Positions 36,001 to 48,900 of a DNA stretch of 64,000 nt are shown here, piece by piece. The translations under genes were made by a program, and so were the position numbers. The notes beneath the pieces were generated by a model. It saw only the letters and a program-made list of their open reading frames with translations, did not search any database and had not been told where the DNA came from. Within the stretch, counting starts at the first letter, position 1. Each line of letters opens with the position of its first letter. Source of the stretch: Podarcis muralis (Eukaryota); NCBI RefSeq assembly GCF_964188315.1, contig NC_135656.1, forward strand, positions 31,248,001 to 31,312,000, written 5' to 3'.

Positions 36001-37969
36001 GTACATGTTCTGAGGTGGTCACCCATCCAGTTACTGACCAGACCTGCTTAGCTTCAGCAAGTTGGTGGCCTCATGTGCTTTTAACATCATAACTCGGGAC
36101 CACTAAATACCGAAATCCCACCTCTATACAAAACATTACCCTTGCAAGGTCCCAACCTGCATCTTTGTGCACAGCTGAGAAATGCGTTGCATTCATTCTG
36201 AACAAAGTACGGAGCAGCAGAGGCCTCAATAGTTCAAGCCTCACCCTAAGGAAAAGAGGAGCAATAATTATAGCTGGGTGCTAGACATCATGCCAGCTGA
36301 GATAAGGAGTTTTGTTTGAGACCCCCTGGCACTGGAGATCAGTGAATCCCAGAAAGAGAACCATACAAATGGCTAAGGAGCCTTCCCTCTTGACGTGTCA
36401 GACAAAGCCGCTTCAGGGTTCAGACAGATCTTTCCACCTCCCCAACTAATTTTAAAGCTGTCATTTTCTCCTCACCAGTAACAAGCTGCTCTCAGCCACA
36501 GGTCAAAAATCAAGCACACCTGAAGTGCACTTGCTCACCTCTCAAGAAAATGTCTTTCAAATGAGGAAGGCAGGACTCAGGCATGTTAACCTCTGCTAAC
36601 ATGACATGATTTCCTACATAACTCCAACCCTCCGTGTCTGCCCCCTCCCATTATAAGTACCTGATAATACTTTTAGATTGTCCTTAAGGAGTGCCATTAT
36701 TGACAGAATTTCACATCACCTCTGGAAGATGCTGCTTAGAACCCTCACTGAAAACCAGAAGACTAGAAGCATAACCCTCCCTCAGAATGTTTGGAGCAGA
36801 GCTTCCCAAACTTGGGTCTCCAGCTGGTTTTGGACTACAACTCCCATCACCTGTTATCAGGACTAGTGGTCAGGAATGATGGGAGCTGTAGTCCAAAACA
36901 GCTGAAGACCCAAGCTTCTTGGGCTCTTTTGGAGGAACCAGCCATGAAAGGATCTGTCTTACTGGGTCTAGCAAAACTCGGGAGCCAGCTGCTTCCTAAG
37001 CAGTTTCGCTCTTCCTTACTGCCAAGCAAATACGTACTCCATATATCTGAAGAGTTTCTCTCAATCTGCAAACGCTGCCCATAGGGAAGGGCGTTCCTCT
37101 TTGTGTTACAGACCCAGAAGCCTTGAGCACCCAGCTCATCAAAAGGCAAGGAAGGCAGCAGCCTAGCTCGGCTCAAGGCCTATCAGCTGACAGCCATATG
37201 ACCAGGCTGCTTTCTCCTCAAACAACCCGCAATACAAAGCGGTGGACTTTATTCGGCAGAGTTGCCCAATCCTAAGCAAGTGAATGGGAGCGAGGCAGCG
37301 GCCGGAGGCGAGCCAACAACCAGAAGCGGCCCCTGCCCTGTTCGCACGCGCGGGGCTCCCCACCGGTCGAGAGAGACGGGGCGCAGCGCGGGAGACGCGC
37401 CGCCAGGGCGCACCTGCCGTCTGTATGCGGCCTCGGGGGCCGAGAGCTGAGGGACCCGCCACTGGCCCGAAGTGGATGATTTCCAGAGGACTTGGCCACG
37501 CATCTTCTTCAGAAGCGGAACAACAAGGAGAGACTCCTCCTAGCCGACGCCCGGGGCCTCCAGCAGGTGTCTCCATTCCCGACGGCGCTGCATGACACTG
37601 CATTGCTCCGCCTCAACTACTTCCCCTCCTAGGGCGCTGCTGTCGGTGGCAGGAGACACGGCCCAGGTGCCTAACGGCCCCGCCTCAGCCACGCCAGCCT
37701 CACCTGGGCCACTAGCTCGCCCTCCTTCGCGGCCAAGCGCAGCGTGGGGGCGCGCGCGCGCTGACTTGCCCGGGGTCAGGAAGGAGCCGGGCGGCCTCTG
37801 CAAAAGTTCAGAGCCCAACTTCCGCGCTGCGTTCCGGGAGCCCCGGCCCGACGCCACTCACCGCACTCAGAATGCGCGCGATGACCTGCGGCTGCTGCAA
37901 GAAGCGCCACGGGTCGAAGGTGCCGCCCGCCTTGGCAGCTCCGTAGGCACCGCCGTCGCCGCTCTCCAT
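33077..37969 (-). CDS. SYNGR2: Synaptogyrin-2 (cellugyrin), 228 aa; exons 37862-37969, 35669-35906, 33851-33990, 33077-33277
   Basis: MESGDGGAYGAAKAGGTFDPWRFLQQPQVIARILSA/IFALIVFSCIIGEGY..CVFNHSEDACRYG..FPQISNATDRKYLV../ALWAFLWFIGFCVLTNQW../..YQQPPFT..EGYQPPPVY*. MARVEL domain; GT-AG introns; 687 nt in frame. Confidence 0.96.
36798..36925. mobile_element. Palindromic hAT-like MITE
   Basis: Inverted arms with an ACTACAACTCCCATCA core, related to 20476-20611 and to the ~6120-6255 element. Confidence 0.65.
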
Positions 37970-38250
37970 GACTCAGGCGCCGCGCTCTGCTGCCCCGCTC
38001 CCGGCCCGGAACTCGCGGTGCCCGCCTCGCCCCGACTTGTGTTTGCGCGTCCGCAAGCCCCGCCTTCCCACTCCGCCCCCAGGGGAGGAGAGCCGACCCG
38101 GGACCAGGGAAGCCACGAGGGTCGCGCCCGCCGGGTTTCCTGCCTGGAGAGCGGCGCCGGCTTCTCGTGCTTCAGCGCACTTCGCAAGCTGGGTTTCAGA
38201 TTTATGGCCGCTTGGAACTAAGGTGCAAGCCGTACTTCAGGGATAGAGGG
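37250..38250. promoter_or_regulatory. CpG island over the SYNGR2 promoter and exon 1
   Basis: High GC and CpG density surrounding the first coding exon. Confidence 0.7.
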
Positions 38251-40691
38251 TCTCAGGCGGGCCCGGAGCTTTCCCCAACCTACAACCCAGCCCAGGGTAC
38301 ACCCCTCCTCACCAGCGCCGTTTCATATCCTCTTAGATATTTGTTTTTTGCTCGCTCTTTCAACTTTGACAATGCCTCTTTGCTTCTCTGGATGGAGGAC
38401 AGAGACCCCATCAGCGCTATGCGTTTAAAGCTGTATGCCACTAAAGAACCCCCTCCCCCCAAAAAAAATCCTGGGAATTGTATATTAAGAGTGATGGTGG
38501 AGGTTAGGAGACCCCCTTTCCCCACCACTAATTCCTAGCATCCCCTAGAATAGAGTTTGAATGGGGATTGTAACTTTGTGATAGGAAGAGGAGGTCTCCT
38601 AACAATGCTCAGCATCTTTAACGGACTACAGTTCCCAGGATTCTTTGGGTGAAAGCCACGACAGCTTAAAGTGCTATGGCGCTACTTTACACGGATAACG
38701 CAGATGGGGTCAGAGTGTCGTGTGCGCAAGTAGAAACTAGTCTACCGTACAAAGGAAAAATAGAAAACCGTATTTCAGCTTGTCTCTGCCTTAGATCTTA
38801 TTTTGGTGTACAAATGCATGAAAACGTCAGTTCCTCATTTATACTGTTCCATGCAAAATAAAAGACTGAGAACTAGAAATAAGGATCTGGACAGCAGCTT
38901 AAATCTCGTACTGCATGCAGTGAGTCTTGTTGCAGGCACATTCATTTAAGAAACGAGGCAGACTTTACCCCTCTCCCCTCCCCGTCTTGTACCCTCCCCA
39001 AATCTTCTCTGGAAGGTTGGGGAAACACCTACGACAGATTTAGAAAGTGCTCAGGGGAGGGGAGGGAGTGAAGTCCCTTTGCACTGGCAGTAATCCTTGT
39101 GCTAACAGAATGCAACCCCATACATTTTAAGCATATGGCTTCTCCTAGAGAATTATGTAGGGCTGCCATACGTCCAGATTTTCCCTGACATAATGGGATT
39201 TCAAAGGCAGAAGTGACATGGGGGGATTTCTGCAGTAGTACAACAGCATCTGGAGACCCAAGGTTGAGAAAGGCTGGAAGAGATCATAGACGTGGGAAGA
39301 GAAACCAGACCCAGACAGTGGGATTCCCCCCAAAAAACCATGTCAGTGGAAGTGTTGCACAAAGGTGCTTTTCCTAATCTCTTCCCATTCATAGGCCCTT
39401 TCAAATGGGTGGGGGGAGAATTCTTAAAACGGTGCACAGGATGAATTGTTTCTGGGAAGCTGAAATGCTTTCTCAGACAGAATGTTTGTAATAGTGCAGT
39501 GTTGAATTCCACCCCGAGTGGAATTCTTGAGGCAATCAGACATCACCCATGCTTGCAAGCTAAGAGACCATTTCACATAAAAACAAGTAGCTTTGTAAGT
39601 GTTGCATTTCTTTTCTTTGTCTGTGTTTGTAGATTAATACCATTTCAAAATCGTTTTGAACTTGTCTGATTTATGGCTATTTAGTTCACCTGATGGGGAG
39701 CCCCCAGTGGACTTCAGGCTTGCACTTTTACGGAGGGCAGTAGGATCCCTGTTAGAGAGTGTTGGGGTTATACTATAAAAAACAACCCCTCCCCAAACAA
39801 AATCCGAGTAGACCACAGGAAGACTTTATTATGATTATGCTGCACCTTTTTTTTGCACCACAGAGGTAGCTGAAAGTAGCATAGATTCATTGTAAAAACC
39901 AAGCTGTTGAGAGGTTTGCTCTGTGAAGGATGAAACGGATCTAATTTTTATTTTATCTTTAAATTAAAAATTGAAACTTAGAATCTCCTAATGAGCTACA
40001 GTCCCCTGAACTAGAGTGACAAAAGGAGGGAGTATTCCATATGAATTCCTTGGCAGAGAAAAAGAAGATGGGGGGGTGATAATTGGGTGGGATTAGTACA
40101 ATGGATGGAAAACACCTAGGAAATCCAATTTCTTGCCACAGCTTTGTCCAAAAACAACAACGGAGACAACAATCATCACTGTCCTAAATCCGTCCTAAAT
40201 CAGAGAAAAAGAGCTGAATGTGCTATTCAGCTCTCAGAACTGAGGTTTTATCTGCACAGTCCTGACCCATTTGTTTGTTGAAATATTTATGTCCCACCTA
40301 AAATTCCGGAGGCAGATGAAATATGGTCTTAGCTGCCCTAGGAAACAGAATCAATGTAAGTAATGTCTGAACGATGCATATAAAACAGCAGTGAGGAACC
40401 TGTTGTTGGACTCTGACTCCCATCACTCCATCCAGGTTTAGTGTCACAACAGGGATGATGGGAATTGTAGTTCCCCCACCTTTGACAGAAGGCCAGAGAT
40501 CTCATTTGGTGAGGAGGAACAAGAAGCTTTATCCAGCACTGGCCCAGTACAGGGAACAAAGAATAACCATTCAGTATAGAGTAGCCCAGCCTGGTCTCTC
40601 AGTAGAAACATGGCTAGTGCCAGAGGTTGCCATAACCCAGACTCCCTAAGCCCATTCACCTCAGAGCCATTGCTGCCTTCTTGACCTTCGT

Positions 40692-40943
40692 GAGAGCCAG
40701 CATGGTGTAGTGGTTAAGAGTGGTAGATTCGTAATCTGGTGAACCGGGTTCACATCTCCGCTCCTCCACATGCAGCTGCTGGGTGATCTTGGGCTAGTCA
40801 CACTTCTTTGAAGTCTCTCAGCCCCACTCACCTCACAGAGTGTTTGTTGTGGGGGAGGAAGGGAAAGGAGATTGTTAGCCACTTTGAGACTCCTTTGGGT
40901 AGTGATAAAGCGGGGTATCAAATCCAAACTCTTCTTCTTCTTC
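40692..40943 (+). mobile_element. tRNA-derived SINE (Squam3-like)
   Basis: Head GCCAG..TGGTGTAGTGGTTAAGAG..GGTTC, conserved body, (CTT)n tail. Confidence 0.82.
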
Positions 40944-41900
40944 TCTTGGCATGGAGACCAGCCAGATCAGAGGTAACGGGGCACTATATTGGTAGAACAT
41001 TGCACCAAGTGAGGCTGTCCCCCATATAATTTCCTGTGGTGGAAAAGAGGATTATGGGTTGTTCTCTTAGTTTATACACCCAATTCTCCTTCACACCTCT
41101 TGACAGTTGGAAGACACCCATAAGGATATGGTCAGCTGTCGGGTGAAAAAACTTTAGCCCACATCCTCTGCAGCTGTTTCCTGAAAGGCAGATTTAATTT
41201 TCTTTGTAATATGTAACTTAGTGCCTCTAAGTCGTTTTTGCTAGTACAATCCCCTAGTACATATCTGGGTTCATTGGACTGTCTTCTCTGGAGGCAAAAC
41301 CATTTAAAGCCCTGGCTCTTGAAATGGTCTGAGAGCACATGAGGTTACCACCTAGTAGTTTGTTGCAGGGCGAACTATAAGCACTGCAAATGTGAATTTA
41401 AAAAGCAGAGGGAAAGACATTGAATAAGAGTTCTTAAGAGAGAGGTGCAACAAATGGTTTAGCTGTATAGAACACCCAATCCCTCTGACTGCTGGAATCT
41501 GTGCCTAACTAAGCCCTCTCCAGACATTACCCATACTGTTCTGTTTCTTTGTAAAGAACATGTCAGATATCCATTCAGAGAGTCTGAGAGTGCCACATTA
41601 TAAACAATGCATTACATTCTGTAGTTACTGAACGAACTTGCAGGAACCCCCCGTTGCACACAACATGCAGCAAGAAGAGAACACGAGGCTTGAATCATAG
41701 ACAACAGCATGAATTCACATCTAGCCAGAGGCAAGACTGTGCGTACACTTTGTATGAAGATATCTGCCGCTTACAGTCTTAAGTGGGGAGTGTTGCTAAT
41801 AGATACAGAACACAGGGCAAGGTATGAAAGGTTTGGACCGCAGTTTCCAAGTTTGCCTCTGACAGAGAGGTACAACGTGGTGGGAGTGTATGTTTTAACA

Positions 41901-42361
41901 CAGAGGTTTTCAACCTTTTTGGGTCCACGGCTCCCTTGACCAACTACATTCTTTCTGCGGCACCCCTGTGGGGCTCAGGAGCCCAGTTATGTCATCCCTT
42001 GCCTGCAGAGCTGGCAGCCCCTCACTCCTTTTCAAACACCATCCCTTCTGGAGTGTTTCCTCAGCCTCCTCTCTTCTCCCCTCTCCTTGGGAGTCCTCTT
42101 GGAAGCCGCAGCTGCCGCCCCGGTCTATGAGCTGCCTCCCCTGTCCTAAAGAGAGATGTCTCCTCACACTGCCCTGCAGGAGCCTGGCCAGCCCCAGAGG
42201 CACCAATCCCCTGGGGAGCTTGTAGCCAGGGCTACTGCAACCAACAGCCGCAACATGAGAGGGCATCAGAGGAGGAAGTGAAGGAAAGAGGGGCAGTGTT
42301 GCCTGTGGGACCCCTGACCATCATTCAAGGCACCCCAGGGCACACTGGTTGAAAACCACTG
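41901..42361. mobile_element. hAT-type MITE, complete
   Basis: TIRs CAGAGGTTTTCAACC / GGTTGAAAACCACTG; decayed 8-bp TSD TTTTAACA / TTTTCGCA. Confidence 0.85.
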
Positions 42362-42491
42362 TTTTCGCAGATTGACATATGTTGGTTTAGGACTATGCAA
42401 GCTTCCAAGTTATGCAGAACTCTTCATGTGATTGTCAATCTGATCCACATTGTGTACAACACACGACTCATATACCAATGCCCTCTTGACA

Positions 42492-42497
42492 TTTATT
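42492..42497 (-). terminator. Candidate TMC8 polyadenylation signal
   Basis: AATAAA on minus, about 500 nt after the stop codon. Confidence 0.45.
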
Positions 42498-42993
42498 AGA
42501 CAAAGGATTTGTTTTGTTTTGCAATACCAAAAGATCATGATCCAGTTAGTAAGCAATCCACCTCAGTGAGGACTGGTGACATACTCAGTTTCAAATTTTT
42601 GTTGAATTAGAATTACTTTGGCATGATAAGGCTGTATATATTCTTGCCATACACCTTGCTCTTTCCCCAAAACATCATTTTCAGGCCTGCAGGAAATGTA
42701 CATCCCAGGGACCTGTATTCACAGTGAAAAAGTATGTATTGTACCTATCTAAAAGATAAAGGGTATGATAGGGTAGTTCTATGAGCCAACTTGTGTTCAC
42801 AGGAAAATGAGGTCTTCCAGCATATAATGTTCAAATCACTCTCGGGGGCTTCTTTTGCTTCTTTAATCCAGGTATGCTTTGACCATTCTATGGTCTTTGC
42901 TTTCCTCAGGAGCAAGACCATCTTTTTCCTGCCTGTTGCCCTGCCACCAGAAGTTTTCGTCCTTTGGGAGGCCTTTCCCCCCTGCAACCCAAC

Positions 42994-45900
42994 TCACAGT
43001 TGTTTCACCAGCCGCTGAGCCAGCTTCCTCACCAAACACCATTTCTCCTTGACACACTAGACAGAAGAGCAAAAGGAGAAACAGGTTACATAACCTAACA
43101 TTACATGGGCCAGAGAACAAATCATCACACAGTCACAGGTTACCAGAGGTGCATGATTATTGCACGCCATCTGGCATCCTTCTGTAACATTGCAGGACCA
43201 CTTTACCTGCACACGTTGCCTCTTGAGCCTTTCAATGATGTGTCTGTTTGCTTGCACCTGAGAAACGTACACTGTAAGGATGAGGCTATGGAAGAAAAAG
43301 AGAGGCCATCACACCAATAGTTTGTGGAATATTGGTTCCCACTTACACACCAGGCTAGACAGGGAAATGGGATGCTCCCTGCAAAAGGCTGGGTGAGTTC
43401 AAAACCATCTGCTAGGTTAAATTTAATCAAGGTTAAACTGAGAAATAACAATCTGTTTTAGAGCATTTGTAGTTGGGTCACTCACCAGGAGCCTCTTTTT
43501 CCTGCTAGTAACATCAAGGCATCAAAGTGATGATCAGGTGTGCTAGCAAATGTCTGATGCTGATGCTATTAAAAAATTCCATCCTTGACTCTTATACTGG
43601 TCTCCCATACAAGGGATTGACCAGCTCCACACCTGCTTAGTTCAGCTGCAGCATCTGCTTCTGGACCACTCAATGGATACACAGCTACACTATCATGTAT
43701 AGTTACACAGAGGCCTGCCAGGACTCTGACATTTCCTAAAATATTGGTAGAGTAATTTTTTCAAATGTGACTCTTCATTTGCCAGAACTATGGGACTTTC
43801 ATTAGCTAAAAAAGGGGAGGGGAGCTACACTCCTTTTTCATTAGTGGCAAAGTTTCCATTGAAATTACACACTGTGATCACAATCCAACACTGGGGTGTG
43901 CTTGAGCCACCTTCCTTTTGGGGTGAAGCAGTAGAATTAAGAAGTAGTGTTTACAGAGGACAGGTCTCTAGCTCAAGTGGCCCTGAGTGGTCAGGCAGAT
44001 GGTCAGATTTAGCTTGAAAGGAGCCATGGAGGCTGTTCTGTGTCTGGAAAGGCCAGTGACGGTAACACACCACTTTTGCAACAGGGTCCAGGCCAAGAAA
44101 CAAGGAGGTTGCTTGCCTTGAAAATAATTCAACAACATATGGCCAGCCCTCCCTCCTTTGGTATTCTTCCATCCATGTCCCTCCCAAAGTACCCACCTGA
44201 GTACCATCAGAAGTAAGAAACAAAAGACATTGGATGTCACATAGCTCAAGGTACGTTGTGTTGACATGGGTAAATGGGACAAAGCCTTAGGTACTGCCTC
44301 CCATGGAGTTGAATAATTAGTAAAAAGCCCACAAGCTTGGGATGGAGAGACCCTGGGAGGAAAAAAGAATGACTGTCAGAATATAGGCTTCATCAACCCC
44401 GTACTCTTAAGATGCTCAACCACCTCTCAGCTCACCTACTGATGACATAGCCCAGAGGGACGTAGGCCTGGAAAAGGCCTAAGAGTAGCATGATCTGGAA
44501 GAGGAATTTAGAACGGGATGCTCGAAACAGCTGAGTTGAAGGCTGGCAGTTCTGGAACAAGGTGTACTGTGGGTGAGAAAAAGAGACAGAGTGAGCATGC
44601 CTCCGGAACCCTCACACATTCCCAGAGATATAAAACCCATGAGACTTTGCAGAAGGATGACTGCCTTGGGGTGGGATGGGGTGGGGTGGGGAGAGAGAGA
44701 GTGAAGGGCCTTCATTAGGAAGCAGTTGCTTTTATACCATACTTCCTGGGATTCAGCCAGCAACTTCAGTCCCCCCCCCCTTGACCCCAAAGGTGAACAG
44801 CTCAATACCGCTTTCAAATATATTGCTAAAGCCTTCACATCAGAGCTGCAAACATATATTGAAACGCCCCCTGAAGAATCATGGGAACTGCAGTTTACCC
44901 CTCACACAACTACAATTCCCAGCACACTTAAGAAACGACAGTGCCCATGATTACTTTTTTTGTGGGGGTGCTTTAAATTATGATTTATATGCAGCCCAGG
45001 TGTTCACAGTACCTAGGGCCAGGTTGCATCCAACCTGCTACAGCCAGGTTCAATGGCTTCAAATGCATACATGCTAGCAACAGCTGTGGGCAGGATGAGG
45101 TCAGTAACCATCAAAGTGAAGGTCTGAGTCTGGGTGGGACTGCCTCCAAGAGAGGTGAGTTCAGAGAAGCAAGTTCCTTACCCTCGCCTCTGGTCTTCCT
45201 GTGTGGGTTGCTTGCTGCTACCAGCAATTTCTCTGGTTTGAGAGTTTGTAACTCCCGGAATCCTCTACAGTCTCTTAGCCAGGATCAGGGCCAGATCCAC
45301 AACCCACGTCATGATGGGCATGATAGGTACTCTTTGTGTGTACTCTCAAACACATACACATGTACGGTATATACAACCTTTACCTTTTTCAATTGTGTGC
45401 AGTGAATTTTTTCATAGGGGAACAGTTAGGGCGAGAGACACCAGCTTGCAAGGGCGATTGGGGGCGGGTCTGATGTCACACCCATGAATATCATGCCTCC
45501 TTCCCTAAGCTGGGCAGAAGCTTCCCAGGCTTTGGGAATGAGGCGCCAGGGGAACATTAAGGGGACTAGCCTAGTCCCCTTAGTCCAATGACCGCATGCC
45601 ACTGACCTTTTTTATATAGAATGTGAAGAAGACGAAGACACAGGCAAGCAAAGGCAGAAGTGGGCAGAAGAAAATCCCGATCCATATGACTGTTTGAGCT
45701 GCTACAATATCCAGTACATTGTGAGGCACCAGGAACTCTTCTTTGCCAAGCCACTGAGCCAGACCACAGGAGGAATGCTTAGCAATCAGTCTGAGAGAGA
45801 GAGAGAATATTAATTCAGAGGCCACAGGCATAACCTCTTCCAATAACTGCAGCTGGGTACCATGCCACTGAATTCTGCCTCTTTTGCATAGGGAGCACAT

Positions 45901-48900
45901 ATGCTTATTCTCCCTTACTAAAAACACCCTGCAGTCAACAACGATACAATGGGCAGATCTGCACATTTAAAGCATATGACTTCGCCCAAAGAAGTCAAGC
46001 TTCCCCCTCACAGAGCTACCATTTCCAGCATCCTTAACAAAGCACAGTTCCCAGAAATTCTTTGAGGGAGGTCATGAGTGTTGAATATGCTTTGAATGCA
46101 GAGCATGCATCTGCCCAATGACAGCTACCCTGCAACTGGACCACCTGGCATCCCTACTGGGAGGCAGGAAGATGAGATAAAAATACCTGTAGATCAGGGG
46201 TAGTTAATGTGGTGCCTTTTGGGTATGTGTGTTTTTTGGCTCCAGTTCCTATCACCTCCAGCCAGTGGTCAGCGACAATGAGAGTTATAGTCTAACAATT
46301 ATGGCGTGCATCATGTTGGCTATCCCTGCCATACATAATACTTTCCCAAGAAAGGAATGGTCTGCCCATTTGTGGAAAGAAAAGGCTGAATGAGGGCTTA
46401 ACCACACTTAAATTCCCTCCATGCTTTCCAGGGAATGTCCGCACTTTAAAGCTCTGCATCCAAGCACCCTTTTTTTTGTGTTCAAGCTTTCCCAGCAAAA
46501 CCCACTCTTTAAAGCTCAATTGGAGCACACGACAATCCATGGAAAACCCGAATAGCCATTTGCTCTGATACAGCTTTAAAGATTTCACAGGGAAAGCTCT
46601 GGTACAAAAAAGGTGTGCTCAGACACAGAGCTTTAGAGTGCAGACCTGTGCCTGGAAAGAGTGGGCAAAAGGTAAGTATGGAAAAGCCCTGGGTTAGGCC
46701 AGGAATCAAGGAAATCAGAAGAGTAGGGTAGACTAGTATTAGATATGATCTCTTGCCTCACCTCCGGGGCAGGCTGATAAGGAAAGCAGATCCCAAGGTG
46801 GTCAAGAAACTGAAGAGGGTCATCTTGTACATCTCTTGTCCAATGTGGGTTTCCCAGCACTGCATGCACAATCAGGAGAGAGATAATGTCTTATGGTGAG
46901 TATATGGAAGGAAAAAAGAAAGAGAAGGGGAAAAAGGAATCCTAGACATGTCAGGCACATTATTATAAGCATAGTATATTGTAAGTATATGGTGTTAAAT
47001 GCAAAAAAGAAAAAGAAAAAGCTAAGTTCACATTAAGCATGCACAATACAACATTATATAGGTAATAGAATGTATGGAGAATTGTTGTATAAGTTGCAAA
47101 TTAACCCCAAATCTGGGGGACTTTAATTGCTCGGGGGCTTTAATTGCTAATGATCAACCAGGCTTTCCTCATTGCTGGAATTGGGATCAAACAAGGTGTG
47201 TGTTGACGGGGGTGGGGTGGGGGGTGGGGAGTGGGCATCTACAAAATAAGGGGGAAATGATACATTGACACGCAGACAAAAGAAGTACCAGGAAAAGGAA
47301 TACTCAAAGATGTCTAGACAGCCGAAGAGCCATTATAGAAATTGAAAACCAAGTTACGCAGCTGGGTGCTTAAAGGTGAAATATACTTTTGTCACTGCAC
47401 CAAGTCAAGGCTAACTAGCTCTTTGCCTTGGCAGCTAATCATACCTTGCTTTAGAAAACTTCGTACCCGAACACATTATGTCTGGGCCACATTTGCTCTA
47501 AACAGGAAAAGTTCAGCTGAAATATCCCATCCATGTCACCTGATAGAGTTTGTTGTAACCGCATTGGTGGCACTGAGGAGCACCGCCGCTCCCTATGCAT
47601 AGCACTCTGCGTCCCAAGAAGAACATGAACATTCCCAGGCTGGACAGTTTCAGGATTACACACCTGCGAGAGACCACAAGAGAGATTGGGCCTGCACCTT
47701 ACACTTGGTTTCCACCCCACTAATCCTACCATATAAGCCAGTGCTTGAGATTACCAACTGACCATGAATGGATCCAACTATCCATCTTACCACACATTCC
47801 CCCACACATCTGTCCCTAAAGTGGGGTGTTGCTTGGGCCTGATGCACTTTGCACTTCAAAACTTCTGAAAGATCTGGATCTTTTTAACATTCCACAATAT
47901 ATTTTTATAACAGCTACTGCATTGCATATCTTAAATCTGTATATATTTGGTTGTTCTTTGGGTTATGGCATTATAATTGTAATTATTACGGGTGGCATTC
48001 AACTAAGTTTTACTCAGAGTATATCTATTTAAATAAATGAGCCATTTATTTCGAAGGGTTTACTGTGAGCACAATTTAGTCGACCGCTATCCTATTAGTT
48101 TAGGAAGACAAAGGAATGGGGAATTTTGACAGTAAAAGAACTAAGGTATATTAGAAATGCATTGATGATGTTCATAAACACATACATTACATGACTGCAT
48201 TCCCCCTGAAAATATAATAATCTTTTTTGAATTGCACTCCTCAAGTTTTCTTTGTGTTTACTATTTGTCAACGGGAATCGATAAAATACACATTTTAAAA
48301 GTATATATTGTTGCTGTCAGCATCTGCCTGTCTCAGGAAGTATTGATTTTACTGCATTCCCGTTTGCCCGCTTGAATCACTGTGCCATTGTAAGGGGTAT
48401 TAATCCCTTCTTGATTGTTCTGCTTCTTCCCTCATACTTTCACTGCCATATTTACAATAAAGGATATTGGGCTTGATGACCGACTGGAGCAACTAGTGCT
48501 TCCCAACTTAGAAAGAGAGAATAGCGAAACTAAAACAAAGCATAAAAAACTCTGCTTGCAGCTCAAAGTAATTTAAGGCCTGCAAACTCCTTATACCACG
48601 AGAAATATATCTGCCCCAGGTTCCCCACCAAGATGAAAACAGCTACCTGACTAGGGTGAGGTTGACTTCAGTATTAGGAGAGTAGCCTTCCAATTGGGTC
48701 AAGACATGAAAAAGTAAAGGCAGGATGACATTCACAATGGAGATGACCACTGGTGGCAGGTACTGGCTCAGTACATCAAGGCTGGCAGCATTTTTCTGGA
48801 AGTACAGAGATGGATTTGTTATGGGGAGGCACATTTGTGCCTAGAATCAAAACACAGAGGAATATTTCCTGACCACTCAGTACCAAAACACGGTGCAAAA

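Noticed and set aside
37163-38246. Several 100-209 aa ORFs
   Set aside because: CpG-island artefacts around SYNGR2 exon 1, with no recognisable domain.
3942-42361. Long-range duplication between 3.9-4.3 kb and 41.9-42.4 kb
   Set aside because: Explained by two copies of a TIR-bearing MITE; the flanks are unrelated.
45150-45190. Strong splice donors on both strands within a TMC8 intron
   Set aside because: No matching acceptor or ORF; such consensus hits occur by chance.
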